From positions 288,001 through 352,000 of the forward strand of contig CAVOKF010000003.1 in NCBI GenBank assembly GCA_963696385.1: 64,000 nucleotides of DNA. The letters run 5' to 3'. The notes under the pieces were generated by a model. The model was not told the origin of the DNA. It was given only the letters and a program-made list of their open reading frames with translations, and did not search any database. Made by a program: the position numbers and the translations under genes. This document shows, in pieces, positions 48,408 through 59,549 of this stretch (the stretch's first letter is position 1; every line of letters starts with the position of its first letter). The DNA is from an uncultured delta proteobacterium (GTDB taxonomy: Bacteria; Myxococcota_A; Polyangia; Polyangiales; Polyangiaceae).

Positions 48408-49738
48408 GCGTCGCGCGCCTTCAGACCCCCGAGCCGCTTCGATTCGATCTGGACGGCGGTGCTGTCGCCCTGCTCGAGCCGTCGCACGACGTGCCGCTCG
48501 TCTCGGTGGTCGTCGCGCTTCGCTGCGGCTCCGCGACCGACCCGTCGGAAAAGGCCGGCCTCGCCCGAATTGCCGTTCGAATGTTGAGGCGTGGGTGCGA
48601 AGGCCTCGTCTCCGAGGAGATCGATTTCCGGATCGACACCCTGGGCGCGGAAATGGCCGTCGATACGTCGCCCTCGACGGTGGGTATTCATGCGCAAGTC
48701 ATCGCGCGCCATGTCGATGCGTTCGTCGAACTTCTCGGCCGAATGCTTCGAGCTCCGACATTTCCGGATCACGAACTCGAGCGGCTCAAACGCGAAAGCA
48801 TCGCCGAAATCATTGAGGCACGCGACAACGATCGTGTGGTGGCTCAAAAGGCGATGCAACGGACCCTCTTCGAGGGTCACCCCTACGGGCGCAACGCCGG
48901 CGGAACGACGCGCACGATAGAGGCCATCACGCCCACCGATGTGCTCGACTTCTATCGCCGATACGTCGTCCAGGCAAACCTCGTCATCGGCATCGCCGGG
49001 GACGTGACACCCGACCGCGCGCCCTTGCTCGCGAGGCAACTCATCGCCGGCCTTCCGGCGGGGACGGCAGCGGTGGACCACGTCCCCGATCCCACGATGC
49101 GTCCGGGACGTCGGTTGCTGCTCGTGGACAAGCCCGAGCGAACGCAAACCCAGATTCTTCTTGGCACGCTAGGCACGTCCGCTCACGACGCCGACCACGT
49201 TTCGCTCGTCGTGGCGAACGCGGTCTTCGGCGGAACGTTCACGTCGCGGTTGATGAAGGAGATCCGTTCGAAACGCGGTTGGTCGTACGGCGCGAGCAGT
49301 CGAGCATCGGTGGATCGGCGGCGCCAGGCCTGGACGCTTTGGACCTTTCCTGCGGCACAGGACGCCGCACCCTGTTTGGCGCTGGCCATCGAACTGCTCG
49401 ACGCCTGGGTGAAAGCCGGAGTGCGCCCGGCGGAGGTGAACCTCGTCAAACGCTACCTGGTACGGTCGCACGCATTCGACGTCGACACGGCGACGAAGCG
49501 CTTGCATCAGGCGCTCGATCTGGAGCTTCTTGATTTGCCGCGAGACTACTTCAGCGGTTGGATCGAGCACGTACGGACCGTCACGTCCGCGTCGGCGAGC
49601 GCTGCTGTCGCGAGCCGCATTCGCACAGACAACTTGCTTGCCGTGGTCGTGGCCACTGCGTCGCAAGTGCTGGATCCTTTGCGATCGGCGGTGCCCGGAC
49701 TGGCGGAGGCCAGCGTCGTGCCGTTCCATGTCGAGTAA
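48404..49738 (+). CDS. M16 family peptidase, non-catalytic partner subunit
   Basis: M16 fold motifs (GLAR, HPYG, FGGTFTSRLMKEIRSKRGWSYG) without HxxEH. The GTG start overlaps the previous stop. Confidence 0.9.
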   Translation: MSVARLQTPEPLRFDLDGGAVALLEPSHDVPLVSVVVALRCGSATDPSEKAGLARIAVRMLRRGCEGLVSEEIDFRIDTLGAEMAVDTSPSTVGIHAQVIARHVDAFVELLGRMLRAPTFPDHELERLKRESIAEIIEARDNDRVVAQKAMQRTLFEGHPYGRNAGGTTRTIEAITPTDVLDFYRRYVVQANLVIGIAGDVTPDRAPLLARQLIAGLPAGTAAVDHVPDPTMRPGRRLLLVDKPERTQTQILLGTLGTSAHDADHVSLVVANAVFGGTFTSRLMKEIRSKRGWSYGASSRASVDRRRQAWTLWTFPAAQDAAPCLALAIELLDAWVKAGVRPAEVNLVKRYLVRSHAFDVDTATKRLHQALDLELLDLPRDYFSGWIEHVRTVTSASASAAVASRIRTDNLLAVVVATASQVLDPLRSAVPGLAEASVVPFHVE

Positions 49739-49781
49739 CGGGAAGAAAAACGCCGAGGATCGGCCGGCCCCGGGCCCCTTC

Positions 49782-49838
49782 ACCCACGCGGGGGAGAGAT
49801 CCAGCTCGTACCCACGCGCGGGGAGAGATCCAGCTCGT
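49782..49838. repeat. Tandem near-perfect 28/29-bp direct repeat in a convergent intergenic gap
   Basis: ACCCACGCGGGGGAGAGATCCAGCTCGT (49782-49809) is followed by ACCCACGCGCGGGGAGAGATCCAGCTCGT (49810-49838). Confidence 0.9.
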
Positions 49839-49844
49839 CCGATA

Positions 49845-50966
49845 TCACTGCAGGTAATCTCGATCCCGGAGCTTCTTCGGTATGTACTCCTCGCTAATGA
49901 ACGAGATGCCCTTTGTCAACAATGAGTCGAGCTCCATCTTGAACCCATTTTGCACGATACCTTGAATTTCGCGCTGCCATTGTTTGGCTTTGAACCACGG
50001 GTACGCCTTCATCTGTTCGGCTCGCGCGAGGTCCTCTTTGGTGAGCCTGATTTCCGCGGCTTTGGGCATGGCAAATTTGCGATGATCGAGCGCGCTCATC
50101 CCGAGAAATCTCACATTCGGGACCGCCATACGCATCGACTCGTAAGCCAGATTGATACTCCCTTGCTTGAGGACCGAATAAATGTAAAGCCCCCATGGGT
50201 CGTTGTCGACAAGTGCATAAATAGGTACTTTTAGCTCAAGCGACATCCGCTGCATCAAGCGTCGCGCGCCGCGGCTGGCCTGCCCCTGAGTGGTCATCAG
50301 AATGCACTTGTGCTTTTTCCAAAAGCCGTCCTCGTTGAGTCGGTGGAAGATGGCGTCTTTTTCGACGAATAAGATGAAATCGGCGTTGCATCGAACGAAT
50401 TTGAGGGCGTCGTCTTCGCAAATGCTCGGGATCATCCAGCCGCCCCGGCCCATTCGGGCGAGATCAATTTCGTCGGGCCCGTCACGCACGACCATGTTGC
50501 CCACCAATCCACCTCGACGGTTGGCAAAGAGATGCAGCTCCTCGCGAAGTGCGTCGATCCCGACTTCGAGATCTTCGATGATCGGGTCGCTTTCACTCTG
50601 GTCCTCGAATGTATTTTCCTCCGAGTCCTCGAGCGTGTGCTTGGTCATGTAGAACATCTGGCGAATGCTGATGGTCTTGCCCTCGTCGATGAGCGTCTTG
50701 CATCCCTTCGCGACCAGAAAAGTCTGCATGAATTTACGCGCCATCGCGACGTTGAAAAATTCTCGCGATTGTGTCTTTTCCCCGAGCTCGATGATCCTCG
50801 TTTTCTCGTTGAAGGCCACGTTGGACAACGTCCGCGTGCGGATTTCGAGCGCCGGGTTGTTCCCCTTGTCGACGTCCATCAACGCTCGACGAGCCAGTTT
50901 CTCGATTCTCCCGAGCGTCTGTTCGTCGCGTTCCGTTCTGTTCGATTTTCGCTTCTTGGCGGCCAT
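49845..50966 (-). CDS. top6A: DNA topoisomerase VI subunit A (Spo11-like)
   Basis: SIRQMFYMTKH (catalytic Tyr region), FEDQSESDPIIEDLE, TOPRIM VEKDAIF and DNDPWG, GSINLA, KMELDSL. Confidence 0.93.
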   Translation of the reverse strand: MAAKKRKSNRTERDEQTLGRIEKLARRALMDVDKGNNPALEIRTRTLSNVAFNEKTRIIELGEKTQSREFFNVAMARKFMQTFLVAKGCKTLIDEGKTISIRQMFYMTKHTLEDSEENTFEDQSESDPIIEDLEVGIDALREELHLFANRRGGLVGNMVVRDGPDEIDLARMGRGGWMIPSICEDDALKFVRCNADFILFVEKDAIFHRLNEDGFWKKHKCILMTTQGQASRGARRLMQRMSLELKVPIYALVDNDPWGLYIYSVLKQGSINLAYESMRMAVPNVRFLGMSALDHRKFAMPKAAEIRLTKEDLARAEQMKAYPWFKAKQWQREIQGIVQNGFKMELDSLLTKGISFISEEYIPKKLRDRDYLQ

Positions 50967-50969
50967 GGG

Positions 50970-52868
50970 TCACTCCGGCACGTGCAGTTGCTGGCGCCCC
51001 TTTGCGCCTTTGCCGCCCTTGCGCGCGAACGGAGGCGGCGCGGTCGCTTTGGGCGATGCGCGGGCGGTACCTCGCTGGATCGGCGCATCGGTTCCTCCTG
51101 TCGGGAGGCTGGGATTCCCCCCTTTCGCAGTCGCCGGCGGCGACGGCTGCGCGTTGTCTTCCGAATCGCCTTCGATCGGTTCGTCGGCGAGCCGTACGAA
51201 GCTCGGAAGCGCTTTGAAAAAAGCCTTCTGGGCTTCGTCTTTCGGCACATTCAAGATGTCGGACAGGGCTTGCGCCACTTCAGGTATGTATTTCTGAAAT
51301 ATGCTGCGTCGCTTGTGCTCGCGATCGGCGTGCGCCTTCGCGCGAATGTGCGCAGCGAGCTTGCGCCCGCACTCCTTGATGGCAAGCCCCATTTCACGAA
51401 GCAATTCGTCGTAATGCGCAACCGCTTCCTTCGCTTCGCTCGTGAAGGGGACCCAGACGCTGGCGAGGTGCACAACGATGGCCATCGGGGCGATCGGCAA
51501 GCTCCCCTTCGGCTGCTGCAGCTCGTAGCTTCGCCAGTTGGTCAAGTAAACCGCCTCGCTTATCGCGCAGGCCTTCGGCTGGTACTGAAGGGGAACCCGA
51601 TTCGCGAATCGCATGATCTCTGCCGGTTCGTCGGCCGGCAGATCGCCACCGAACGCGAGGCCGACTTCGACAACGAAAGGATTGCCGCGGTAAACGGACG
51701 GAGGGCGCGTCGTCGACACGTAAAACTCGGCCCGCGAAAAGCGGCGCTTGAGACCTTCGATGAGCAAGGCCTCTCCGATGGGTACGACAGCGGTTGCCGG
51801 CGGCGCCATGACTTTGACCGTCCCGAGCGCCGCATGCAGGCGCTCGAGTTGCTCGCCGTGGATGCGTTCGGCGGGCGTGCTCGGATTCACCTTCGCGCGC
51901 TCGCAGACCTGTTGCGCCACGGCCGTCGATATGCGCGAGAAGTCATCGATGAGCACCTGTTTCACCGTTTTTCTCGGAGAGTCTGCGAGCATGGCTTGCA
52001 ACATCCCGAGCTCCACGCCGAGCGGATGCGGCTTTATTTCCGCCGCCTCAGGGGGAAGATCGAACGCCACCCGCGGAAATTCGAGACGCTCGCCTTTGGG
52101 CGAGACGAACGTGAGTGCAAGGTGGGGGTTCGCAACGACCGTCTGTTCGAGGTACTCCTGTACGCCGGTTCGACCGCCCCGATAGGTCGCAACCAGCTCG
52201 ATCTCGACGCGGGTTCCGTGCTCGCGCGCCCAGTCGACCGTCTCTTCGTGAACGATGTCGGGCTGATTGCGTTTCGTGTCGATCCGTACGTGAACTTGAA
52301 ACGCCGGCCGGCCCTTGCCCGTGCGGCTCGTGATGACGACCGCCTTCCCAGTCGTGAGCTGCCCGTACAGCCCCGCGGCACTGATGCCGATGCCCTGTTG
52401 ACCGCGTGACTGCTTGAGCCGGTGAAACTTGGAACCATAGAGAAGTTTCGCGAAGATCTTCGGAATCTGCGGCTTCACGATGCCGGGTCCGTTGTCTTCG
52501 ACGACGATGCGGAACCTCGACGGCCCCCCTGGCACCGTCCGCTCTCCGCCCGCCGACTCGGGATCTTTGGCCTTCGACACTTTCGCGGCGATTCCCGCGA
52601 CCTCCCGAATTTCGACGAGGATCTCCGGAAGAATCCCGGCTTCTTCGCACGCGTCGAGCGAATTGTCGACGGCTTCCTTGACCGTCGTCAGCAGCGCTTT
52701 GGCCGGGTTGTCGAAGCCGAGAAGGTGGCGATTCTTCGTGAAGAACTCGCTCACGGAGATCTCGCGCTGGCGCGAAGCCATCGATTCTGCTGTCGCCCGC
52801 CGTTTTGGTTCGTGCGCGAACCCGCCAGGATCCAGCAACGGCGTACCTTCGGTGATCGACTTCGGCAT
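50970..52868 (-). CDS. top6B: DNA topoisomerase VI subunit B
   Basis: [20 protein letters not shown] boxes [35 protein letters not shown] and [30 protein letters not shown] before ATG 52868. Confidence 0.95.
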   Translation of the reverse strand: MPKSITEGTPLLDPGGFAHEPKRRATAESMASRQREISVSEFFTKNRHLLGFDNPAKALLTTVKEAVDNSLDACEEAGILPEILVEIREVAGIAAKVSKAKDPESAGGERTVPGGPSRFRIVVEDNGPGIVKPQIPKIFAKLLYGSKFHRLKQSRGQQGIGISAAGLYGQLTTGKAVVITSRTGKGRPAFQVHVRIDTKRNQPDIVHEETVDWAREHGTRVEIELVATYRGGRTGVQEYLEQTVVANPHLALTFVSPKGERLEFPRVAFDLPPEAAEIKPHPLGVELGMLQAMLADSPRKTVKQVLIDDFSRISTAVAQQVCERAKVNPSTPAERIHGEQLERLHAALGTVKVMAPPATAVVPIGEALLIEGLKRRFSRAEFYVSTTRPPSVYRGNPFVVEVGLAFGGDLPADEPAEIMRFANRVPLQYQPKACAISEAVYLTNWRSYELQQPKGSLPIAPMAIVVHLASVWVPFTSEAKEAVAHYDELLREMGLAIKECGRKLAAHIRAKAHADREHKRRSIFQKYIPEVAQALSDILNVPKDEAQKAFFKALPSFVRLADEPIEGDSEDNAQPSPPATAKGGNPSLPTGGTDAPIQRGTARASPKATAPPPFARKGGKGAKGRQQLHVPE

Positions 52869-52904
52869 CAAGTTCTCCGCTAGCCCCGGTATGCTCACCA
52901 TCCA

Positions 52905-54197
52905 TTGATACGCAACCCCAAGATCATTCTGATCCTTCTCACGGGGTTGAATCTGCTCAACTACCTTGACCGCTATGTCCTGTCCGCCGTCCTCGTCCCT
53001 CTGCAAGCCGATCTGCGCCTGTCCAATCTCGTGGCCGGTTTGCTGCCGACCGTATTTCTTATCGGGTACTTCGCGACGAGCCCAGTTTTCGGCGCATGGG
53101 CAGATCGCGCCGGCGACCGCGGCACGCGCCGAACGCTCATCGCGGCGGGCGTGGCCATCTGGAGTGCCGCGACGGTCGCGTCGGGCCTAGCTCGGACCAC
53201 GGCGTCGTTGATTGCCGCGCGTGCGGCGGTTGGCGTCGGCGAAGCGAGTTTCGCGACCCTCGCGCCCGCGCTGATTGATCGCCTCGCGCCCGAAGGGCGC
53301 AAATCGGGCTGGATGGCCTTCTACTGCGCTGCTACGCCGGTTGGCTCCGCTCTCGGTTACCTGGTCGGTGGGGCCGTCCTGCACGGGCACGGGTGGCGCA
53401 GCGCGTTCTACGTCGCGGGGGGACCGGGGCTCGTGCTCGCGCTCCTTTGCCTGCGAATCGCCGAGCCTGTGGATGGCTCGAAGCCGTCCGAATGGAACTT
53501 GCTCGACGCGGCGCGCAATCTGGCACGCATGCCGATCTACCGCGCTGCGGTGCTCGGGTACTGCGTATACACCTTCGCGATCGGGGGCTTTGCTTACTGG
53601 GCGCCCAAATATGTGAGCGAACGAACCGGTCTCGGCGTCGCGCGGGCGAGCATCGACTTCGGCCTCGTGACGGTCCTCGGGGGCGCACTGGGGACCGTTT
53701 TCGGCGGATGGGTGGCCGATCGCGCGGTCCGGGGCCGTCGGCCCGCCGGCACTTCTTCCGGGGCGCCTTTGTTCGAAGCCGACCCGGCACGTGCGGACGC
53801 GACCTGCGTCCGGATCCATCTCGGCGTGTGCGCGGCCAGTTCGGGCGTCGGAGCGCCTCTCGCCGCTGCCGCGATCGCGACCACCACGGCGGCCCTGTTT
53901 TTCGGCTGGACGCTGCCTTGCCAGATCGCGCTGTTCTCGCTGAGCGGCCCGATCAACGTCGTGCTGCTGCGAAGCGCGCCCCCCGAACTTCGTGCCAGCG
54001 CCATGGCACTCGCCATCTTCGCCATCCACGCGCTGGGCGACCTTTGGTCGCCGCCATTGATGGGTCTCGTCGCGGATCACGCCTCGATGCCGGTGGCCAT
54101 GGCGGGCGTCCCAATCGGGCTCGCGGTCGCGGCCTTCGTCTGGTGGCGCGGGGCCGTCGCATCCGGCTGGTTGACCGCGGCCTCACGCGTGCGCTAG
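52905..54197 (+). CDS. MFS transporter, Spinster-like
   Basis: [52 protein letters not shown]; about 12 TMs. TTG start. Confidence 0.88.
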   Translation: MIRNPKIILILLTGLNLLNYLDRYVLSAVLVPLQADLRLSNLVAGLLPTVFLIGYFATSPVFGAWADRAGDRGTRRTLIAAGVAIWSAATVASGLARTTASLIAARAAVGVGEASFATLAPALIDRLAPEGRKSGWMAFYCAATPVGSALGYLVGGAVLHGHGWRSAFYVAGGPGLVLALLCLRIAEPVDGSKPSEWNLLDAARNLARMPIYRAAVLGYCVYTFAIGGFAYWAPKYVSERTGLGVARASIDFGLVTVLGGALGTVFGGWVADRAVRGRRPAGTSSGAPLFEADPARADATCVRIHLGVCAASSGVGAPLAAAAIATTTAALFFGWTLPCQIALFSLSGPINVVLLRSAPPELRASAMALAIFAIHALGDLWSPPLMGLVADHASMPVAMAGVPIGLAVAAFVWWRGAVASGWLTAASRVR

Positions 54198-54249
54198 GCA
54201 GCGGAGACTTTTTGCGCATCCTCGACGAGGTCGTGGGCGCGCGACCCCG

Positions 54250-56880
54250 ATGCAAAACGCACGCTTGCTCGCCTTCTTGGCTGCGGTGCTTCTCGCGCTG
54301 CTCTGCGTCCGACCTGCGTACGCAGTGGACGCCAGCACAATCCACCCGACCGCGGCGTCGCTCCCCGACGCAGGAGCACAAGCGGCACCCAACGTCGATG
54401 CGGGCACGTTGGCGGACGGCGGCGGTGCGCCGTCTGCCTCGGGTCTCGGCCTGGATCCAACGTTGCGCTTGCCTCCCACCGTCGCCGAACAGGCCGAGGG
54501 ACTCCCCATCGCTGCCTTGGAAGTGGTCGGCAACCGACGCGTCGTGCGCGAGGACGTGCTGTCCTATTTGCGTGAAAAGATCGGCCAGCTGTTCAAGGTC
54601 GACAACCTGACGGCAGACGTCCACGCCTTGTGGGACTCGGGCTTTTTCGAAGACATTCAGGTGGACCTTACGACGAGCGACCGCGGCGTCGTCTTGCGCT
54701 TCATCGTGCGCGAGCGGCCGAACATCAAAACGGTCGAGTACTCGGGCAACGACGAAATCGAGAGCGACAAGTTGACCGAGGTCGTGGAGGTCAAGGCGAA
54801 CACGATTTTGAGCTTGCCGGCCGTGCGTCGCAGCGTTCAGAAGATCAAAGATGCCTATGCGGAGAAGGGCTATTTTCTCGCGGACGTTCAGTATGAAATC
54901 CAGCCTCAACGGGAGAACGAAGTCATCGTCAAATTTCGAATCACAGAACATCAACCCGTGACGGTTCGACGCGTGACGTTCATCGGCAACGATCATATGA
55001 CCGACGACGAATTGCGAGACGGGATGCAGACCGGCAACGGAGGTTTCCTCTCGTTCGGGTCAGGAGGGCCTTACCGGCAGGACGTGTTCGAGCGCGACGT
55101 CTTGATGCTGAGCGCCGCCTACTACGACAAGGGATACCTGAGCGTGCAAGTCGGCACCCCTCGGGTGATGCTCAGCGCGGACCGCTCCGGGATCGACATT
55201 GCGATCGTCATTCACGAGGGGCCTCGCTACAAGATCCGGCAGCTTCGAATCTACGAACGCAGCGCCGATGATCCGACGCGGGAGGTCGAGCCGCTGGGAG
55301 GCCGCCGAGCGCTGCAGGAAATGCTGCACGCTCATTCCGGTGACTACTTCAACCGAGCCGAGCTCATCAAAGACCTGCAAGCGGTTCGTACGCTGTATCG
55401 CGATGCGGGATTCGCCAACGTGGAAGCCGAACCGGAGACCGAGCTCGACCCGATTCACTCCGAGGTGGACATCGTCGTTCCGATCAAGCGCGGTCCCCCC
55501 GTCACGATCGAGCGCATCGAAGTGAAGGGAAACACGAAGACGCGTGACAAAGTCATCCGCCGCGAGATGGAGGTGCAGGAGGGGCAGCTCTTCAGCGAGA
55601 CGGGGATCGAAAACAGCAAGCGACGCATCACCGCGCTCGGGTTCTTCGAACGGGTGGACCTATCGACCGAACAGGGTTCGGCGCCTGACAAGCTTGTCAT
55701 CAACGTCGAGGTCAGCGAGAAATCCACGGGCACCTTTCAGGTGGGCGCCGGGTTCAGCTCGATCGAGAGCTTCATCGCGACGGCGCAAGTCCAACAGGCG
55801 AACCTTTTCGGCAACGGGCAGGCACTGGCACTGCAAGCCCAGGTTTCGTCCTTGCGGCAGCTCGTGACGCTGCGCTTTTTCGAGCCCTACTTTCTCGACA
55901 GCAACTGGAATTCGAGCGTCGAACTCTATGATACGCTGTATGTTTTTCCGAACTTTGCGCGGCGGTCCATCGGTGGATCGATGACGTTCGGCTACGCGTT
56001 GGCGCAGCCGTGGCTGCGGCTCTCGGTTACGGCGACCGCCGAATGGGACTCGGTGGATACCTCGTCGACAACCACCGTTTTCGGGACCTCCACGCCTGGT
56101 TTCACCAACATTTTTCAAGCCTTGCCTTTGGCCAATCTGTTCAACTCGGGCCGCGTCTTCTCGCTCCGGCCCACGCTCACGTACGACACCCGAGACAACC
56201 GGCTTTTCCCGAGCTCGGGAATCTTTCTGCAGGTATCCACTGAGCTCGCGTCCGAGCTCTTCGGCAGCCAGTTCAACTACCTGCGTCACAAGTTCACCGG
56301 GCGATTTTACTATCCGCTCGGCGGAGCGACGGTGGGCCAGCCCGGATCGGGGTTCGTGCTCAAGCTGAACACCGAATGGGGCCTCATCACGAGCCCGGAT
56401 CCAGAAGGCGTCCCGATCTTCCAGCGGTATTTTCTGGGCGGGATTCTGGACGTACGCGGCTTCTATCTGCGGAGCATCGGCCCTCGCCTTCCGCTGACGT
56501 CCACGCTGGATCCGAACTCTGCGCCGATCCCGAACGGCGCAAATATCGGCGGAAACATGGAGGCCTACGAGAACCTGGAGCTCGAGTTCCCGATTCTCGA
56601 CAAGGTCGGGATCCGCGGCGTCGTGTTCTTCGACGCGGGAAACTCGTGGAATACCGAAAGCCAGTTCTGCCGGACCACGCCGGCACCGCAGTTCGACAGG
56701 GTCGTTCAGCCGTGCTTTTCGTTTCCCGACAGCCTCGGCTACCTACGCACGTCGACCGGCTTCGGAATCCGTTGGTTCTCCCCACTCGGTCCCCTTCGAT
56801 TCGAGTGGGGCTTCCCACTCGAGCCCTTGCCCTACGAACGGCACAGCGACTTCGAGTTCACGATCGGGAATTTCTTCTAG
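54250..56880 (+). CDS. bamA: Outer membrane protein assembly factor BamA
   Basis: Signal peptide, POTRA repeats (GNTKTRDKVIRRE), VRGF motif, SPLGPLRFEWG, and C-terminal FEFTIGNFF. Confidence 0.96.
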   Translation: MQNARLLAFLAAVLLALLCVRPAYAVDASTIHPTAASLPDAGAQAAPNVDAGTLADGGGAPSASGLGLDPTLRLPPTVAEQAEGLPIAALEVVGNRRVVREDVLSYLREKIGQLFKVDNLTADVHALWDSGFFEDIQVDLTTSDRGVVLRFIVRERPNIKTVEYSGNDEIESDKLTEVVEVKANTILSLPAVRRSVQKIKDAYAEKGYFLADVQYEIQPQRENEVIVKFRITEHQPVTVRRVTFIGNDHMTDDELRDGMQTGNGGFLSFGSGGPYRQDVFERDVLMLSAAYYDKGYLSVQVGTPRVMLSADRSGIDIAIVIHEGPRYKIRQLRIYERSADDPTREVEPLGGRRALQEMLHAHSGDYFNRAELIKDLQAVRTLYRDAGFANVEAEPETELDPIHSEVDIVVPIKRGPPVTIERIEVKGNTKTRDKVIRREMEVQEGQLFSETGIENSKRRITALGFFERVDLSTEQGSAPDKLVINVEVSEKSTGTFQVGAGFSSIESFIATAQVQQANLFGNGQALALQAQVSSLRQLVTLRFFEPYFLDSNWNSSVELYDTLYVFPNFARRSIGGSMTFGYALAQPWLRLSVTATAEWDSVDTSSTTTVFGTSTPGFTNIFQALPLANLFNSGRVFSLRPTLTYDTRDNRLFPSSGIFLQVSTELASELFGSQFNYLRHKFTGRFYYPLGGATVGQPGSGFVLKLNTEWGLITSPDPEGVPIFQRYFLGGILDVRGFYLRSIGPRLPLTSTLDPNSAPIPNGANIGGNMEAYENLELEFPILDKVGIRGVVFFDAGNSWNTESQFCRTTPAPQFDRVVQPCFSFPDSLGYLRTSTGFGIRWFSPLGPLRFEWGFPLEPLPYERHSDFEFTIGNFF

Positions 56881-56960
56881 TCGATTCGACCCGGCCCGAT
56901 TGGAACGCGCGCCGGGGCGATCGGATCCCTCGGGCTGCGTGCTAAACCATTGCGCGACTC

Positions 56961-59549
56961 ATGGCCGAGAATCCGCCGACGCCAACCGCACCGCAGCAAA
57001 AGGTCCCCGTCTCGATCCAGGACGAGATGCGCACCTCGTACCTCGACTACGCGATGAGCGTCATCATCGGGCGCGCGATCCCCGACGTGCGCGATGGGCT
57101 CAAGCCGGTCCATCGACGCATCTTGTACAGCGCGTACGAGCAAGGATTGCTGCCGACCACCGGGTACCGCAAGAGCGCCACGATCGTCGGCGACGTTCTC
57201 GGCAAATACCATCCCCATGGCGACGCGTCCGTTTACGACGCACTGGTCCGTCTGGCGCAGGACTTTTCGATGCGCTACCCGCTCATCGACGGTCAAGGCA
57301 ATTACGGGTCGATCGACGGTGACCCGGCGGCGGCGTACCGATACACGGAAGCGCGTCTCACCAAGCTCGCCGTCGAGATCCTGAATGACCTCGACAAAGA
57401 ATGCGTCGACTTCGTCCCGAATTTTGACGACCGCCTCCAAGAACCCGTGGTCCTGCCGTCACGCGTCCCGAATCTGCTGGTCAACGGTACCAACGGCATC
57501 GCGGTCGGAATGGCGACGAACATCCCCCCGCACAACCTCGGCGAAGTCATCGACGCCACGGTCCACCTTCTCCGGCAGCCCAACGCCTCCCTCGACGATC
57601 TCATCCGTCTCGTACCGGGGCCGGACTTTCCGACGGCCGGGCTCATCTACGGGCGATCGGGCATCGAGTCGGCGTATCGAACCGGCCGCGGAGCCATCGT
57701 CATGCGCGCCCGCTTGGGTGTGGAGCGCTCCCCAGGACGCGGCGAGAAAGAGCAGATCGTCATCACCGAGATCCCGTACCAGGTGAATAAGGCCCGAGTC
57801 GCGGCGCGCATCTCGGAGCTCGTCCGCGAAAAGAAGCTTGATGGGGTCGGGGAGGTTCGCGACGAAAGCGATCGAGATGGCATACGACTCGTCGTCGAGC
57901 TGAAGAAAGACGTCATTCCGCAGATCGTCATCAATCAGCTCTACCGACAGACGGATCTGCAGACGAGTTACGGAGTCATCAACCTCGCGATCGTGCAAGG
58001 GCGCCCCGCGGTCTTGAATCTGAAAGAGACGCTCGAAGCGTTCGTGGGACACAGAAGAGAGGTCGTCGCGCGCCGCACGCGATACGAGCTTCGGCAAGCC
58101 GAGGGACAGCGTGAGATCGTGGAGGGTCTCGGCGTCGCCGTTTCCGAAGTCGATCTGGTCATCAAGACGATCCGGCAGTCCGCGGATCCGGAGACCGCGC
58201 GGACGGCGCTGATGACCCTGCCACTTTCGGGGCTCGAGGCCTTCGTTCGGCGAGCCGGACGGCCAGAGGGCGAGATCGAACTCGCGCGGCACCGGCAGCC
58301 TTATGCGCTATCCGATCGACAAGCCAAGGCGATCCTCGAGATGCGTCTTTCGCGACTCACCGGCCTCGAGCAGGAGAAGCTGGCTCACGAATACGCCGAA
58401 TTGTGCGATGCGATTGCTCGGCTTCGATCGATTCTCGCGAGTCCGGAGCTGCTCGACAACGTCATCGTCATGGAGCTCGAAGAGATCCGGACCAAATACG
58501 CCGACCGTCGGCGGACCGAGATCGTCGAGAACGATGCGGAGATCCTGGACGAGGATCTGATTCAAGAAGAGGACATGGTCGTGACGATCTCGCACGCCGG
58601 ATACATCAAGCGTACGAGCCCCAAAGATTATCGCGCTCAGAAGCGGGGCGGCCGAGGACGCATCGGAATGGAGGCGCGCGAGGAAGACTGGGTGACACAG
58701 CTCTTCGTCGCCTCGACGCACGCCTATGTGTTCTTCTTCAGCGACAAGGGGAAAGTCTACGTCAAGAAGGTCTACGAAATTCCCCTGGCCGCGCGTACGA
58801 GCAAGGGTCGTGCGATTGTCAATTTCATCGGCGTCGAAGCGGGCGAAAAGATTGCGGCCATCGTGGAAATTCCGAAGATCGAAAAGGGCAAGTTCGTCGT
58901 GACCCTTACGAAGGACGGACAGATCAAGAAAACGGAGCTCGACGAGTACGAGAACTTCCGCGAGAAGGGAATCATCGGCGTCAAAGTCGACGAAGGCGAC
59001 CGACTCCTTTCCGCCGCGCTCACCGACGGCACCCGCGACATTCTGATTGCCACCAAGGGCGGGCAGAGCATCCGCTTTCCCGAGGATCAATTTCGTCCGA
59101 TGGGCCGGGGGACCCATGGGGTCAAGGGGATCGACCTGAGCGAGGGCGACGAAGTGGTCGGCCTCGAGGTGTCGAGCGATGAGCGTTCGCTGGTGCTGGC
59201 CGTCTGCGCACACGGATACGGCAAACGCACGCAGATCGACGAGTTTCGAACCCAGAACCGTGGAGGCAAGGGAATCATCTTGATCGACGCCAGCGAACGC
59301 AATGGTCCGGTCGTGGGCGTCAAGCTGGTCAAGGAGAGCGATGAGGTCATGCTCATCACGGATCGCGGACAAACGCTGCGAACGCGCGTCGGCGAGATCC
59401 GTGAAACGGGCCGCAACGCCCAGGGCGTCAAACTGATGACGCTCGGCGATGGGGAGCGGATCGTCGCCGTAGAGCGAATGGCCGAGACGGGCGAAGCAGA
59501 CGATCTCGGCGGATCCACCGTACCCCCCGCACCGAGCGAGCTGAACTGA
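56961..59549 (+). CDS. gyrA: DNA gyrase subunit A
   Basis: [32 protein letters not shown], GyrA-box QKRGGRG (58638-58658) and beta-pinwheel repeats. Confidence 0.97.
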   Translation: MAENPPTPTAPQQKVPVSIQDEMRTSYLDYAMSVIIGRAIPDVRDGLKPVHRRILYSAYEQGLLPTTGYRKSATIVGDVLGKYHPHGDASVYDALVRLAQDFSMRYPLIDGQGNYGSIDGDPAAAYRYTEARLTKLAVEILNDLDKECVDFVPNFDDRLQEPVVLPSRVPNLLVNGTNGIAVGMATNIPPHNLGEVIDATVHLLRQPNASLDDLIRLVPGPDFPTAGLIYGRSGIESAYRTGRGAIVMRARLGVERSPGRGEKEQIVITEIPYQVNKARVAARISELVREKKLDGVGEVRDESDRDGIRLVVELKKDVIPQIVINQLYRQTDLQTSYGVINLAIVQGRPAVLNLKETLEAFVGHRREVVARRTRYELRQAEGQREIVEGLGVAVSEVDLVIKTIRQSADPETARTALMTLPLSGLEAFVRRAGRPEGEIELARHRQPYALSDRQAKAILEMRLSRLTGLEQEKLAHEYAELCDAIARLRSILASPELLDNVIVMELEEIRTKYADRRRTEIVENDAEILDEDLIQEEDMVVTISHAGYIKRTSPKDYRAQKRGGRGRIGMEAREEDWVTQLFVASTHAYVFFFSDKGKVYVKKVYEIPLAARTSKGRAIVNFIGVEAGEKIAAIVEIPKIEKGKFVVTLTKDGQIKKTELDEYENFREKGIIGVKVDEGDRLLSAALTDGTRDILIATKGGQSIRFPEDQFRPMGRGTHGVKGIDLSEGDEVVGLEVSSDERSLVLAVCAHGYGKRTQIDEFRTQNRGGKGIILIDASERNGPVVGVKLVKESDEVMLITDRGQTLRTRVGEIRETGRNAQGVKLMTLGDGERIVAVERMAETGEADDLGGSTVPPAPSELN

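Noticed and set aside
49782..49838. Possible CRISPR array (repeat length and CCCACGCG..GGGGA core resemble type I-E repeats)
   Set aside because: Only two copies, directly adjacent with no spacer, and no cas genes in the window.
50532..52409. 625-aa plus-strand ORF
   Set aside because: Antisense to top6A/top6B; shadow ORF.
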